64,000 nucleotides of DNA from Chiloscyllium plagiosum (taxonomy: Eukaryota). The stretch covers positions 2,121,199-2,185,198 of the forward strand of contig NC_057752.1 of NCBI RefSeq assembly GCF_004010195.1, given 5' to 3'. Each line of letters starts with the position of its first letter. The first letter of the stretch is position 1. The notes beneath the pieces were generated by a model. The model was not told the DNA's origin and made no database searches. It saw only the letters and a list, made by a program, of their open reading frames with translations. Positions 1-14,418 of this stretch are shown piece by piece. The position numbers and the translations under genes are program-made.

Positions 1-987
1 AATCTATTCTTTGAACTCCTGGTGCTTGATGTATCTGAGTGACAGCCTTAATATTTGGAACCAGTGAACTGTCTGTTACTTGATCCCCATCAAGACTGTG
101 CAGGTATTAGTCAAATGGTTTTGTTCTTCTGTTATTCAGATAACACATTAATTTGTGTTTTCTGAGAGAGCAGTGGCAACTGTTTATCTTGAAATTTGGC
201 AAGTAGTTGACTCATTTGAGTACCACATAATTGTATAGCCTAAGTTGGGCCCTTTTCCTAATTGGCCACTTTTACAACTGTGTGTGGTAAAATAGATTGA
301 ACAACCTGCCATGCTCACCATCCCCTGTGATAGGCTATGAAATTCTTTCTAATTGTCTTCAGCATTAGTGGTGCTGAGGTAAATAGATGATAATAAAAGT
401 TAACTTTTCATTCTAACAGTAAGAGGATTGGGTTTCTGCACAAACCAATTAAGGCCAAGTCAATTGTTTACTGTCAAGGAGGTCATGGGATTGTATTTTT
501 CACCCAGTGAGCTACACTAAGCTTTGCTCGACTGTTTCCCCAGTGTATGTTTTGTTTCTAAAGACCAGGCTAAGATCTAATATTCTTGTGTTCACTCACC
601 TTAGCAAAAATGCAGATGTGAGCAAATGGGATGTTGAAAGAGAAGCAAATAAGGGGCATTTTACTGGTCTTTTTCCAGGATAATCTGATCATAATGCATA
701 TTTGAAATCAGGATGGATTGGAGCCACATCTGTGCAGGAATGCTCCTGAATTTTCATCCTTTAATATTAGTAGACTGAAATGAGGAGGGCCTCTTTGCAC
801 AGAAAGGTTCTGACCTGCCCCACTTTCTGATACTTACATCCTGGTGATCCAGGAAAATCTCCTCTGTTTATTATTGGTCCTCTGAGCATTCCTGTTTCTC
901 AAAGGACTTCGAGATAAAAAGGCCAGTTTAACCCTTCTAATCAGAGCCTTGTTAGAGTACAGAAGTAGGCTATTGATCTATTGATCC

Positions 988-1087
988 TCTATTCTTGATG
1001 AAGAACTTTTGGCCGAAACGTCGATTTTTCCTGCTCCTCGGATGCTGCCTGACCTGCTGTGCTTTTCCAGCACCACTCTAATCTGGA
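988..1087 (+). mobile_element. Penelope-like terminal fragment with a degenerate hammerhead
   Basis: Similar to 45940-46030; flanked by direct repeat CTATTGATCC (978-987 and 1088-1097). Confidence 0.7.
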
Positions 1088-2748
1088 CTATTGATCCATT
1101 GGATCCATGCTGGCCCTCCTAAGTAGTGATTTACATACTGACCTCTCTCTCCACATCCCTGCACATTCCACCTCTTCACTTATTTTTATTTGGATGTGCA
1201 TGCCATCATTTAATGACAAACTTCAGTTGTACTGGCCAGTCAGACCTGAGCAGATGTGGTGAGTTGCATGTAGCGGCTGATTCGAAAATACCACATTAAC
1301 AGTGAGGCAAGTGAATAGGTTAGAAGGGCTTTGTGCTGAAGTGTAATGACAATTTACTGTAATGAAAGAGGAGCTGATAGTGGTTCTTTAGCAGAGGAAG
1401 TAAAGAACAATTATCCCCAAGCAGTAGTATACCGCAGCAAAGTCTGTTGCTTGGGCCTTGTGAAGGAATCAAATGTGAGTTGGCTCGAAGTCCCCAGCTG
1501 CGTTTGTACTTGAGTGAGGCCGCAGAGGCCTGCAGGGATAGTCCTCCAAGAGGACTATGATGCCTTCAATGTTTGTGTCAAGGGACCTTTGTGATTCTAG
1601 CAGTGAATATCTCCAGGAGAGTTTTCTTTTCCCTATGTACTGCTTCGCACTATGCACTCAGCTACCTAAACTTCTTCAAGATGCAACTGGAGAGTAATAG
1701 AAACACAAAATGTCCCAAAGACCAACTCTTCTAATCTGAAATTAACCATGATTCCTTCCTATTAATTGTTTGTCCCAACTGCATTCAGTCCATTTGAAAA
1801 GTTTTCTGAAGTTTCTAAAAGATGTGCTAAGATGCTTCAGAATTGCTTGTTTTATTTCCTTCTTTCTGCACAATCACAATCACAAAACCACTACGTGCCT
1901 ATCCCTCTTGTGTGCTTTGTGTGTTTTGTTTGGATTTTCCATGACTGTTCTACTTTCTTCTAAATTAAGTAATGACTGATTTGTAAGATATATTGTAAAA
2001 GTGAAATCATTTAAAATGTTCACTGTCGCAGGATGTGTGCTTTAAATATGTTTTGCTTCCACTTGTGCATTGTAAACGCCTTTGTGTTACTCTAGCTGCA
2101 TCCAACAGTTAAATCCTCCCTTGTTGAAAGAAATACCACTGGTGAATGGCTACATGCCAATTCGTGAGCTGCAAAGGATGCAAGATTGCAACCAAACTTG
2201 AATGACTAGCCATGAAAGACCAACAAGTCCTTGATGTAGTTGCTATGGGTTATGCTTTCAGAGGTGACACCTATTGCACTTTGTGCAGACCTGTACCGTG
2301 GCACACTGGCGTAATGCCAGCTTGGCTCACTGACCAAGTTATGGTCATTTAAGTTCCAGAGTCAACTTGTTGTTTAACACTTTTCTTCAGGTGAATTGAG
2401 AGTTTTGGCATACAGTAACCAGAACAGCAATACCAATCTGCGTAAAGATGCCCCGATTTGTTCGTATTGCTGGCTCAACTGATGTATCCACTGCAGATAT
2501 CTCAAATATTGCTATGTCTTTTGTAGCAAGTGCTGTGCTCCATGAGAATCCCTGGTCATTCCATTCTACTTAAACAACCTTTCATGTGCAATGAGGCAAG
2601 TGGCTCATGCGCATAAGGCTGGTGCCATACCAATATCCCCTTTGAGTTGAGCCCTAGGAGACTTGTTTCCTCCTGACTCAGGGTGGGGATAGGGAGGGGG
2701 AATTGCAGTGTAACACATTGGGTCTGTGCCCCATGCTAGATGCCTTCT

Positions 2749-3515
2749 CATAGAAACATAGAAAATAGGAGCAGGGGTGGGCCATTTTGTCCTCGAGCCT
2801 GCTGTACCATTAAATATGATCATGGCTGACATCAAACTCAGTAACCTGTTCCAGCTTTCTCCCCCATACCCTTTGATCCATTTAGCCCAAAGAACTATAT
2901 CAAACTCCTCGAAAACATTCAATGTTCTGACTTCAGTCTCTTTCCTTGGCAGATAATTCCATACGTCCCCCGCTCTCTGGGTGAAGACATTCCTCCTCAT
3001 CTCAGTCCTAAATGGCCTATCCCATATCCATAAACTGTGATCTCTGGTTCTGGACTCCCCAGTCATTGGGAACGCCCTCCTGCATTGATTCTGTCTAGTC
3101 CTGTTAGAATTTTATAGATTCCTATGAGGTCCCACTCATTCTTCTAAACTCCAGTGAAACTGAGTCTAATCGATCCAGTCTCTCTAAATCCGTCAGTCCT
3201 GCCATCCCAGGAATCAGTCTGGGAAACCTTTGCTGCACTCCCGCCATTGCCAGAATATCTTTTCTCTGATAAAAAGACCAAAATTACACATAATATTTCA
3301 GGTGTAGTCTCACCAAAGCCCTGTACAATTCCAGCAAGACCTTCCTACTCCTATACTCGAATCTTCTCACTATGAAGGCCAACATACCATTTGCTTTCTT
3401 CACCATCTGCCGTACCTGCAATGTTTACTTTCAGTGACTGGTGTATAAGGACACCCAGGTCTCATTGTACTTCCTGATCTATCACCACTCAGACAATAAT
3501 CTGCTTTCCTGTTTT
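2749..3515 (-). mobile_element. CR1-type LINE 3' fragment
   Basis: Minus ORF with SRTRDHSL..FRTEMRRNVFTQR, typical of the CR1 ORF2 C-terminus; tail (CTATGTTT)n-like. Confidence 0.85.
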
Positions 3516-4295
3516 GCTGTTCTCTCATTGACCATTATTGTTCACCCTTCCCCAGACTATGGTTTCTCATGGTTTTTGATATCTACCTCTCCCATAGTAT
3601 GTACATATGTTCTGGTACCCATCCTGAATGGGCTGTCCAAGGTGAATAGGCAAGTACATGGTGGAGCCAATTGTCCAGTAAATACCTTTGTTCTTTCAAG
3701 TGACTAAATGGTACCTGATGAATAGATGTGCACACCTATGCATTTATCTGCTACATTGTTATTTTCTGACTGACCAAAGCAATCAAGATGCTTTGGTGTT
3801 TCAAGGAACATACAGTTCAAGTAAAAAGCCGCGGGCTTGATTTACCTGTCGGAGTTGGAAACCTGACCTCCAAATACCTCTTGGGTATCACATTGTACTG
3901 CAGCTGCATGGCCCTTTTTAGAATACAGATGTCACATTTGAGTCAAATATGTGCTTTGGTGTCTTATTCATGGCTCTGAGTATCTAGGAGTTGGGAACTG
4001 CCTACACGGCATGGGTGACAATTGGCAGCCTTGCCTTGCTGAAGAAAGCAGAGCAGCACTTAAGAGTGCCAGCAAGCTCCCTGGACACAAATGAAAAGTA
4101 AAGCACATGTTCAGGTGCAATGCCCACCAGCTCCTGACATGTTTTCAAAACAGTGTAGAAGCTTTAATTTCTGCCTGATTTGAAGTTGACATTTGTGCAG
4201 TATTGTTTGAGTTTGGTGATTTGCATTATGTAAATTCCCTTCTTATTCTCCTGTCCCATTAGCAAACTCCTCAAAGAGCTTAATGGGCTGTTAGT

Positions 4296-4612
4296 GGGCG
4301 GCACGGTGGCACAGTGGTTAGCACTGCTGCTTCACAGCGTCAGAGACCCGGGTTCAATACCCGCCTCAGGCGACTGACTGACTGTGTGGAGTTTGCACGT
4401 TCTCCCCGTGTCTGCGTGGGTTTCCTCCGGGTGCTCCGGTTTCCTCCCACCGTCCAAAGGTGTGCAGGTCAGGTGGATTGGCCATGCTAAATTGCCCATA
4501 GTGTTAGGTAAGGGGTAAATGTAGGGGTATGGGTGGTTTGCGCTTCGGCGGGGCGGTGTGGACTTGTTGGGCCGAAGGGCCTGTTTCCACACTGTAAGTA
4601 ATCTAATCTAAT
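4296..4612 (+). mobile_element. HE1-like tRNA-derived V-SINE
   Basis: Head GGGCGGCACGGTGGCACAGTGGTTAGCAC with A/B boxes, V domain (GTGGAGTTTGCACGTTCTCCCCGTG), (TAATC)n tail. Confidence 0.88.
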
Positions 4613-5714
4613 TGACTGTAAATGAGTTTCCCATCTCCCACAATGTTGAGAATTGCATTGCATTCTGGAGGCATTGGAATCCAGCGCCAGATTTTCCATT
4701 TGTGCCTGTACCCCTTCTCAACCCCTTTGGCAAATGGAAGTTCAGTCCCATAGAAATGATTGGGATTCATCAGTCATTATTTGTGGTCATGTCACCTTCA
4801 GTGGGCACATAATGTGTAAATCTATAATGTGACAGGAGTTCCTTAATAGCTTGGTCACCACCATTTGCTGTGACGTGCTAGTTTGTTATGTGCAGTATCC
4901 CTTAAATGTCCAAATTAAGGGGATAACACCTATCGAAGGCATCATTAATGTATGCACGCACCTCCAAACTGCTAGCCCCATTTTAACTGATTAAAGAAAA
5001 CTTTTGTTTGCAGATTTCCATCTTGTGGAGCCCGAAGGAGCAAGAATGCTCCTCCACCTCCACAAGAGTCTCGATAACACTCCTTCCATTGCTCCCTCAC
5101 AGACTTGAACAATTAAGGCACACAGTCCGACATTGAAGCCTTTATTTGTGGTCAAGAGCTTTTGGATGCACAAATAGCCCCAGCAGTCTGCTCCAAAGTT
5201 CAGGTCTAGTGCCCTGCATGTAATACCTTTATTAATATTTCTGTGATTGAATCCAATTTTTATCTATGTGTATCTTCTTTTTGTCCTGTCCATCTATGCT
5301 CCTATTATGCAATCATATTTGTTGCTCACATTTCGACTCACAAATCACACGCAGTTTCCTAAATTGCTGTCTGATTCTGTGATTGGTGGAGGAAGCAGTG
5401 ATCTTATCTGATTAATTCCCATTTTTGCCTCGTGAGATTGTGCTCCCAGCTGAAACTGCTCTTCTTTGCCACTGCACCACAGGTTAGAGTTAATGTCCCC
5501 ATCCCTGAACAAGAAGACCCAGGTTGAAGTCCCACCTGTTCCAGAGATGTGTCATTGATTGATTGACAGGTTGATTAGAAAATAAGTTTAAAAAAAACTG
5601 TGTTCCTGAGCCCAAGTTAGGGCTCATTGCTAAGAGTTCAGTTGTTCAGTGCAGTGAGTGCACACTGCTCCATTGAAGTGCAAAACTATTTGGTTAAGCA
5701 AACACAAGGACCAC

Positions 5715-5875
5715 AGGAGAAATGCAGCAGGTCAGGTAGCATCTGTGGAGAGAGAAACAGAGTTAATGTTTTGAGTCCAGTCATTTTGCAGAAAAGTCAT
5801 GACTCTCTCTCCCCACAGATACTGCTAGATCTGCTAAATTTCTCCAGCTTCCAGATTTCCAGCATCTACAGATTT
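5715..5875. mobile_element. Old Penelope-like terminus in inverted arrangement
   Basis: About 5716-5756 is imperfectly complementary to about 5804-5846; resembles the other termini. Confidence 0.5.
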
Positions 5876-8800
5876 TACCTTTATTGTTTGGTAGAGCACT
5901 TTGAAGGAACATGGCATCCTTACGTTTTTCAATATTTTTTATTGCCAAGAAAGTCTTACAAATGCATGTTTGAATGTTGGATCTTTGAGGTTTTGTTAGC
6001 ATTTTGTCAATAACTGATGTTTTAAAACAAAATCCACTTTCCTTTCATTTTTACATGCATTGAACCCGAGTATCATGACTGCTCAATATGTTGAACTAAT
6101 CTGGTCCAGCATAATGCCCAATTAGCAGCAGTTATCATGTTTGTTTGGTATAGAGCTATTTTTGCAACTGCTTTATTGAGCTGGCATTTTATTAATCCTC
6201 TCCACACTACTCAGTAGTTGCAGTCTCCCAGTCTCCTATAATTTCTCTTCCAGTAGCCCTGATACTGCAGCATGCTTTTAACTGTTTGTCACAGATTGCA
6301 CCATTATCTTCATAGAGGGGCAATTGAGAACAGGGTGCCCCAGATCAAAGCTATTTGTCAATCTAGTCACCATGACCATTCTGCAAATTTGCGCAAACAC
6401 CGCAGCCTGCTTTACCCATTTTTATTTTACACCTATTTTCTTTTATTCTGATGACTGAGCTGATTTTGCATCTTCAATGCTGTGTGCCCAAAATGGTGAA
6501 CAGAGGATCAACTGAGATAAGAGAGGGTTGGCTCAATTTGAGACATTGGATTATTGTCAGCTGCCACCGGGTCTTTTTCATTTTACTCATGATCTGGTAT
6601 GCCTTCTGAGTTGGCACATGTCCCCCTGCCAGTTCGAGACAAAATGAATTCCTGTTTGCTATTAGACCGTTGATACTGTATTTTACCGTATTGAGCAGCC
6701 TATCTAATAGCTAGCAAGGCTTCCCAACAGAGAGAGAAAGAGAACGTGCCATAGTTACGAATACAGATCTCCTGAATGAGGCACTGTTGGAGCTAGAACT
6801 CACACAAACTGCCCTGAATTGAAGCAGGCAACTCAGACATACTAGAGCTCCCAAAATGTCTGCAACAATTTCAGATCAAATTCGGTATTCAATTGAATTC
6901 ATGGCAGGTCAGTCTAAGGTCTGTGGCATGTTTCAAAACGGAATAACAGGGATTTATAGATTTTGTTTCTGCAAAAATGCATGTTCAGATTGAAGGAGAT
7001 GAACTCCATGCTCAATGCGAAAAGCAATGCAGGACCTGATTCCAAGAGGCTGCAGCAGGAAAGGGGAACTGAGAGCAAAGCAATCAACCAAGTTGCGTGC
7101 AACCAACCTACTAAGGCTAGCTCGCATCAAGTCGCCAAGGTGGCTCGCAAACCACTGCTTGCATCCAATCAGCCAAGCTCACAGTCCGCAGCTCACAACC
7201 AGTCAGCAAGTAAGCAAGCAAATGGATTACCTGCTGCTAGAGGACTAGCTATTGGCAGCCGCTTAAAGCTATTCCACTTCCAATAGCCATTAACAAAATG
7301 GAAGACTTGGGCACAGCAACAGAGAAGGGGCTAATTACTATCATGCAAATAATGGAGTTACCTTTTACATTATCTCACAGATTGCATCATACTCCGTTGT
7401 TACAAATGTATCTTGTAACACTGGCACTAGGTACTGGATGGATTTAATTATCTCGATGCTTCTAAAATAATCAAAATTAAATAGAAAAATATGATTTCCG
7501 TTTCCAGTTTTGTGAACTGACAGCTATGCTTCCTTCTATCACTGCAGCTGAGTTCTGTGTGCGACAACTCTGCATCGACAGAAAGACTGAGCACGTGCTA
7601 CTGCCTGAAATGTTAGAAGCAAAAAGACAAGCCACAAATGCTGGAAATACACATTGGGTCCATCGGCATCTGAAAGAAAGGTTAACCTTTTGGGTGTAAC
7701 TCTTCGCCAGAGCAGGTTTTTTTTGTTTAGTGAATTTTGCACTCTTTAAAAGGTGTGGGAGTGATGTTGGGAGTGGGGAGGGTGGTTTTTGGGGAGCTGT
7801 TATTGCTGGCCAGTAGGACATTTTCTATTTTGGGAGCCTCATGTCAGTGTCAAGCTCTCCCTAGCCAGGTATAGTACAGGGTCAACCTAAAGCCAAGCTT
7901 TCTATGCTCTGCTTCAGCAGCATATCTCAGCTCTGAATTCAGAAAAGCACCTCCGATTTGCAGTGGAGTGACATTTTCTATCTCTCGTTGCTAACCATCA
8001 AGTCACCTCTTGGGTAAGACAGATGATTAATAGTGTTGTGCTGTGGACTTGCTCACATAAGGAACTAGACTGTGACTACCCAAACACATTTCAAAGTTTA
8101 GAGCAGAATTTAGGTTGAATCACTTGTTCTGAAGAAATGAATCCAAATCCCCATTGTAAGGAAACTTGAGCATTTCTTCAAACATTTGCATCAAGAAGTT
8201 GCTTATCATAGAATCACAGCTGTCTGCAGCACAGAGAAAAGGCCCTGCAGCCCATCAAGCCTGCGCCAGTTGAAAACAAGCACGTGTAGCACAGCTCGTT
8301 GCAAAGTAAAGCTTATTCTACTCTGCACTGACAATATACATCAGCTTCATGCTGAACCCCTGGTGAGCGCAAGGTGTGACACATTTCCGTTGAATATGCC
8401 AAGCCATTCTTTCATGAGGCTGCCAATTTAGTGCAGGATTAGGAACAATTTAGCCCTTTCCACAAGATAGTGGCTGGAGTTGGTCCCAAACTCATTTCAT
8501 GTAGGATCCTTGCAGCCAGCGACATGGGAGACTTTCACGTCATCAGGATGGGTTCTGGAGAAAGCACTTGCTTGCTTATGAGTGGTTAACCTACTAGCTT
8601 AGATTGTAGACTCTTGATACAAAACCATCCAGTGTATATATGCTGAGCAATGATCTGCATCTACATATCAACCACTGAAAGCTGGGTAACAGGAACTGAG
8701 GCAGTAATGGCACTTATAAAACAAAATTGTCATTTAGGATATAGCTGGACGTCTTGGTTTCAATAACACATGTAACTAAAGAGGTGACACAGTGTGGATT

Positions 8801-10029
8801 TGCACCTAGTGCTGATGAAGGGTTACATTAGATTGGATTTTCTTTTTCATTCAGAAGCTGATCGGCCTGCTATGAACTTCCAGCATTTTATGTTTTAATC
8901 TGTGCCTGGGTGTTCCTTTCATCATATGGTCAAACAGGCAGGAGTTGATTTGAATGGATAACAGGATTCGAGTTTCATCGAGAGCTATTATAAACCAGAT
9001 AGTCACCTCTGTATTAGTCATCCGAATTCACATTCTTTGCCACTTGCAGTCCAGTCACATGTTCTGTTCTCTTCTATTAAGTTGCCATTACTCCTTTCAC
9101 CAGCCCACACTGTTGCTGTGAAAGTTGTGATTACAGCACTCTGCTAACGATTGTCATTGCACTTTGCATTTTTATGTTGCCTCATCCATTTTGCAAAGTG
9201 ATCTTATTTATTTCTGTCTGCTGTCCATTTCTAGCATGTCATACACATGGTGCATTCCTTGAGATTCACAGATAATGAAGGCAGAAATGGTGTGAGCAGT
9301 GGAGATCCTATAAGAAGGCTTGGAGGCCTTGAGTTTTCACCTGATGGCAAAAGGCAGGCGAGAGCAGTGTTTGGGATGGAGGGTCAGGTTTTCATTCTGG
9401 CAAATTCTTTGCAATTGAAAGGTGGCCTAAATAATTCCCTCACATCATTGGTCTGTTCTTAAATGTATAGGTTTCGCTTTTTGGGTACCATTTTTGGAGT
9501 TTTTCAAATTGCTCACTTAGAAACAGAACTCTAGTCCAGAAATTAGCCAATTACCCCATTGAAGTCAACATCAAACAATAATCTCCATCTTCTTTGGCAG
9601 TAGCTATGAAGCCACGATAATGCAAGCTTATCCCAGTTTGGCCAACCCATCAATCGCATTGAGTCCCGCTGACCCGAAGCTGCAAGTATTTTTATTCTGC
9701 TCATTAAATTATCTGCAGGTGTCCCGACACTAAGGACATAAGTTAAAAATTCTAATTTTCAATTCAGTTTCTGACGAGGTAATCCCAGCCTTAATCAGAA
9801 ATATCAGGGGATGGCCTTCTGGACATCTTAAAGGATCTCTGTCATGTAAGTGAAGGCTACATTTCATACCATCTAGGTGGCAGTGTGGAGAGTATTAGGT
9901 AGCCCTATTCACGGCAATACAGAACTTAGGTAGAAACTGGAGAAAGTATGATACCATGGAAATGAAAACTCAGTGTGCTATGAAAAAATATTGTGCTAAA
10001 AACTGTGAAGCACTAAGAATAATTATGAT

Positions 10030-10139
<110 letters not shown>

Positions 10140-11347
10140 TAAGTATTTCTTTTTATTCCTCTTTAGAGTGTTTACTTTTGATTAATTTAACTTATCAAAT
10201 GTGTTGTGCATGACCAATATGTTGACATTGTGTTGAGATGATCCCGGGGAAAGCAACGGAACCTTCCGGTTTATTCCACGGGTGAGGAAATGTTGAAAGA
10301 AACAAAATTTGGCCAAGTGTGAAATAAGCTATGCCTCACTTGTGGAATAAAATGGACGCTCCACCACTTCTGCCTGGTGTTTCCAATTTATACAACAGAT
10401 GTGAGAATAATATGTCCTTTTTTCAGAAAAATGTTTCTAATGGGGCCAGTTAGAAATACAATGCCTCAGTTTAATCAATGCTACCTGTATCATGGCAAAC
10501 TGGGCTCACCTTGTTCTGGACATGATTTCTCTCCATCTTGAAAGTCTTAATTGGGGATTGAATCACTTCAAAATCAAATGCTGTTGCTTCCGTGACTGAT
10601 TCAGAAAATGGGAGTGTATGGTGGACTTCAGGCAGAAATGATCACAATTCTCATTGCCCCCAAACTACTTTTGTCCCATCAGCTTAATTCATGGATCCAT
10701 TTAAGCAACAGATCGACTGCAAATTAAATTGTGCAGGAGGGACAAGTATTTTAACTGGCATATGATAAATACTGCATCACACTGGAGTTCAAGTGGACTC
10801 TTGTTCACATTCCTTGTTGTAGAAAAATAATGCCTGCTTCCCTCAGTTTGAGTTCTGCAGTCTGACCATGCTGTTAACTACCATATGCATATAGTTTCTA
10901 CTTAACAGTGACCTGGCATGGAGAACCAATATGACTAAAGTTTTACAAACCATTAAAAATACCTGGTAAAGAGTGAATTGAATAACTTAAAATAAGCCCT
11001 AAAATCCCATTCATCCTGAAAATGTGGACATTTGCTCTCATGTATTAGAGCAAATTATCACTGAGAATAGAATTCAAAGAACTAGACTGAAGCATGATTT
11101 ATGAACTGGGTTTTCTAAGTTACTGTGTGTAACCGTTTCTTGACAGTGACATACTGGCAACGTGGAGTTGCAGTAACTTGTACAATGCAAAATTTCATGA
11201 ATTAATTAGATAGAAATTTGAGATTTCTCAAGACCCGGACAGCTTTGTTGGCCATTATAGTAACAAGGGATTAATCTTTGAGGGCATGGACTATTGATTT
11301 TGAGGGAACCATTCTCATAGACAACAAATGAAACACATTATCATTGT

Positions 11348-11673
11348 GGGCGGCACGGTGGCACAGTGGTTAGCACTGCTGCCTCGCAGCGCCAGAGACC
11401 CGGGTTCAATTCCCGACTCAGGCGACTGACTGTGTGGAGTTTGCACGTTCTCCCAGTGTCTGCGTGGGTTTCCTCCGGGGGCTCCGGTTTCCTCCCACAG
11501 TCCAAAAGATGTGCAAGTCAGGTGAATTGGCCATGCTAAATTGCCCGTAGTGTTAGGTAAAGGGGTAAATGTAGGGGTATGGGTGGGTTACGCTTCGGCG
11601 GGTCGGTGTGGACTTGTTGGGCCGAAGGGCCTGTTTCCACACTGTAAGTAATCTAATCTAATCTAATCTAATC
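11348..11673 (+). mobile_element. HE1-like V-SINE
   Basis: Near-identical to 4296-4612, with a longer (TAATC)n tail. Confidence 0.88.
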
Positions 11674-11859
11674 AATATTGTGTGACAAACCATGCTAATT
11701 ACCATGCTTCTTTTCCTCCTAATGCTCAGGTTGTTTAAAACTCTTTGAGAAATATTTGGTATTTATCTTCAAAATACAGTGACCACTTCTCTGATGACTT
11801 GTTAGCAGAAAGTACCACCTGATGTGAACTGAACCATGCAGATAAGTTCAGTATCAGAT

Positions 11860-12975
11860 TAGAAAATAGGAGCAGGAGTAGGCCATTCAGCCCGTCGACA
11901 CTCTTCCACCATTCTATATGATGGCTGATCATCCAACTCAGCATCCTATTCCCACTTTCTTCGCATATTTTTGATCCCTTTAGCTCTAAGAATGATATCT
12001 AACACCTTGAAAACATTCAATATTTAGCTTCCACTGCTTTCTGTGACAGAGAATTCCGCAGGCTCCCCACTCTTTGGGTAAAGAAATTTCCTTTCATCTC
12101 AGTCCTAAATAGCATACCCCGTATCCTTAGAATGTGATCCCTGGTTCTGGACTCCCCAGTCACTGGGAACATCATTCCTGCATTAGCCTTGTCTAATCCC
12201 GTTAGAATTTTACAGGTTCCTATGAGATGCCCCCTCATTCTTCTAAACTCCAGTGAATATAGAGCTGATCGATCCAGTCTCCCTTCATACATTAGTCCTG
12301 CCATCCCAGGATTCAGTCTCGTAAATCTTCACTGCACTCCCTCCATCACCAGAGCATCCTTCCTCAAGTAAGGAGGCCAAAACTGTACAAGATACTCCAG
12401 GTGTGGTCTCACCCTATATAATTGAGGCAAGACATCCCTCCTCCTGTACTCCAATCCTCTCACTATGAAGGCCAACATACTATTTGCCTTCTTCATTGCC
12501 TGCTGCACCTTCATGCTTACTTTTAGTGCACCGCTCTTTCTCCCAATCAGATAATAATCTGCCTTTCAGTTTTTGCAAGCAAAATGGATACCTCACATTC
12601 ATCGACATAATACTACATCTGGCATGCATTTGCCCACTTACTTAATTTGTTCAAATCACACTGAAGCATCTCTGCATCCTCCTTCGTTCTCTCTCCCACA
12701 CAGCTTTGTGTCATCTCCAAATCTGGAGATATTACGTTTAGTTCCTACATCTAAATCATTAATGTAATTGTGAATAGTCGGGGTCCTAGCACTGATCCCT
12801 AAAGTATCCCACTAATCACTGACTGCCACTCAAAAAATGACCTGTTTGCTGTCAAAAAAATTCCAACAACATGATTTCCCTTTTGTAAATTAATGCTGAC
12901 TCTGTCCGTTTCTGTCACTGTTTTCCAGGTGCACTGCTAATAAATCTCTTATGAAGGACTCTAGCATTTTCCCTT
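11860..12975 (-). mobile_element. CR1-type LINE 3' fragment
   Basis: Minus ORFs with VRPHLEY.VQFW.PYLRKD and LYSLEFRRMRG motifs. Confidence 0.88.
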
Positions 12976-13276
12976 CTACCCTCAAGATCAATCCCTGCCT
13001 TGCACTGAGTTAGTTGAGCTTATCCAGACTGATATCCAGCACAATGGATGCCTTGACTTGTTAGGGCTTAAAAGATTGACCAACCTTCCCAGTCCAGAAC
13101 ACTGTTTGGTGATCTCTGCTGAAATATTTGTGCCTTTGTATGAATATGGTCACTTGTAATGCCACCTTATGGAAAAATAGTTTGAAGATGCATCTCATTG
13201 TGTTGTCCATGAAGGATAGCCATTTGCATTGGAGAGTGGTGAGAAAATACCCAGAACTGGTAGAGAGCAAGTAGAG

Positions 13277-13418
13277 TCAAAAAGTATGATGCTGGATGAA
13301 GAGATTATGCTCGAAACATCAATTCTCCTGCTCCTCGGATGCTGCCTGACCGGCTGTGCTTTTCCAGCACCACACGTTTTGACTCTGATCTCCAGCATCT
13401 GCAGTTCTCACTTTCTCT
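13277..13418 (+). mobile_element. Penelope-like terminal fragment with short 5' inversion
   Basis: Direct repeat TAGAGAGCAAGTAGAG at 13261-13276 and 13419-13434; the first ~20 nt are the reverse complement of about 13363-13385. Confidence 0.75.
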
Positions 13419-14262
13419 TAGAGAGCAAGTAGAGATGGATATCGAAATACTGTGTCTTAAACATTATAGGTTGCTGCAGTTCCTGCTAGAGCAGGATGGG
13501 GAGTGATTACTGTCAGCAGAGATCATGATGTCCAGCGACAGCATCAAGACTTTGACTTTGTTATAATTATCTATTCATTTGGAAATGGAATTAACTTTGA
13601 CATTGTAGTCAGCGGACCTCTTCCTGCCCTTGGTCTGAGCTGTGGCTTGATTAAAATCTGCTGAAGGGCTCCAGATGTGAAGGACAGTGCTTTAGAAGAT
13701 GCCCATTGCATATATTCATGCTTCATTTTATGTATTTTTCATTTTATTTTCAAATTGACTTCAAAATATTTCTTTAATAGAACCCAACCTAAAACAGTAA
13801 AAATCTGATTGATGACTTTTGTTGATGATATTTTCAGTATTTCTATTCGTAAAGAAATGTATGTTATGAAAGGCCATGTGGTCAGCCTCAAAGCTTAAAT
13901 AAAAATACACATTTGGCAAGCCAGGCAGTTAACTATCTCCCTTCATGTAACTTATGCATTCTCCATGGCAATGTCTCTACCAATCAGACACCACTTGCCA
14001 ACCAATCACACTCTTCTCTCGTTCAGTATCAATGTTGTTTTCCTTCTCCATTGGTATTTCTTGCAAATTGCCCTGATGAGTGCAAGAGTGCTTTAACAAA
14101 GCAAGTCTTTTTACAGCAATATTGAAAAACATTGTTCATTAATTGTTCTTTTGGTTAAAAAGAAAAGTGCTATCCACTTTTCTTTTCAATTTGCTGTTAC
14201 TATCTGCAGCTGCTACCGCACTGGCCAGTCTGATCCATGATTTCACCTCCCTTTGTAATTAA

Positions 14263-14418
<156 letters not shown>

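Noticed and set aside
4296..4370. tRNA gene (likewise at 11348 and about 35930)
   Set aside because: The A/B boxes run into a SINE body and tail; these are SINE heads.
1..10029. Coding exon 2 and the U12 donor
   Set aside because: No TF.VLN.GK..FRFSA-like frame or ATATCCTT donor was seen by eye; presumed upstream of the window.
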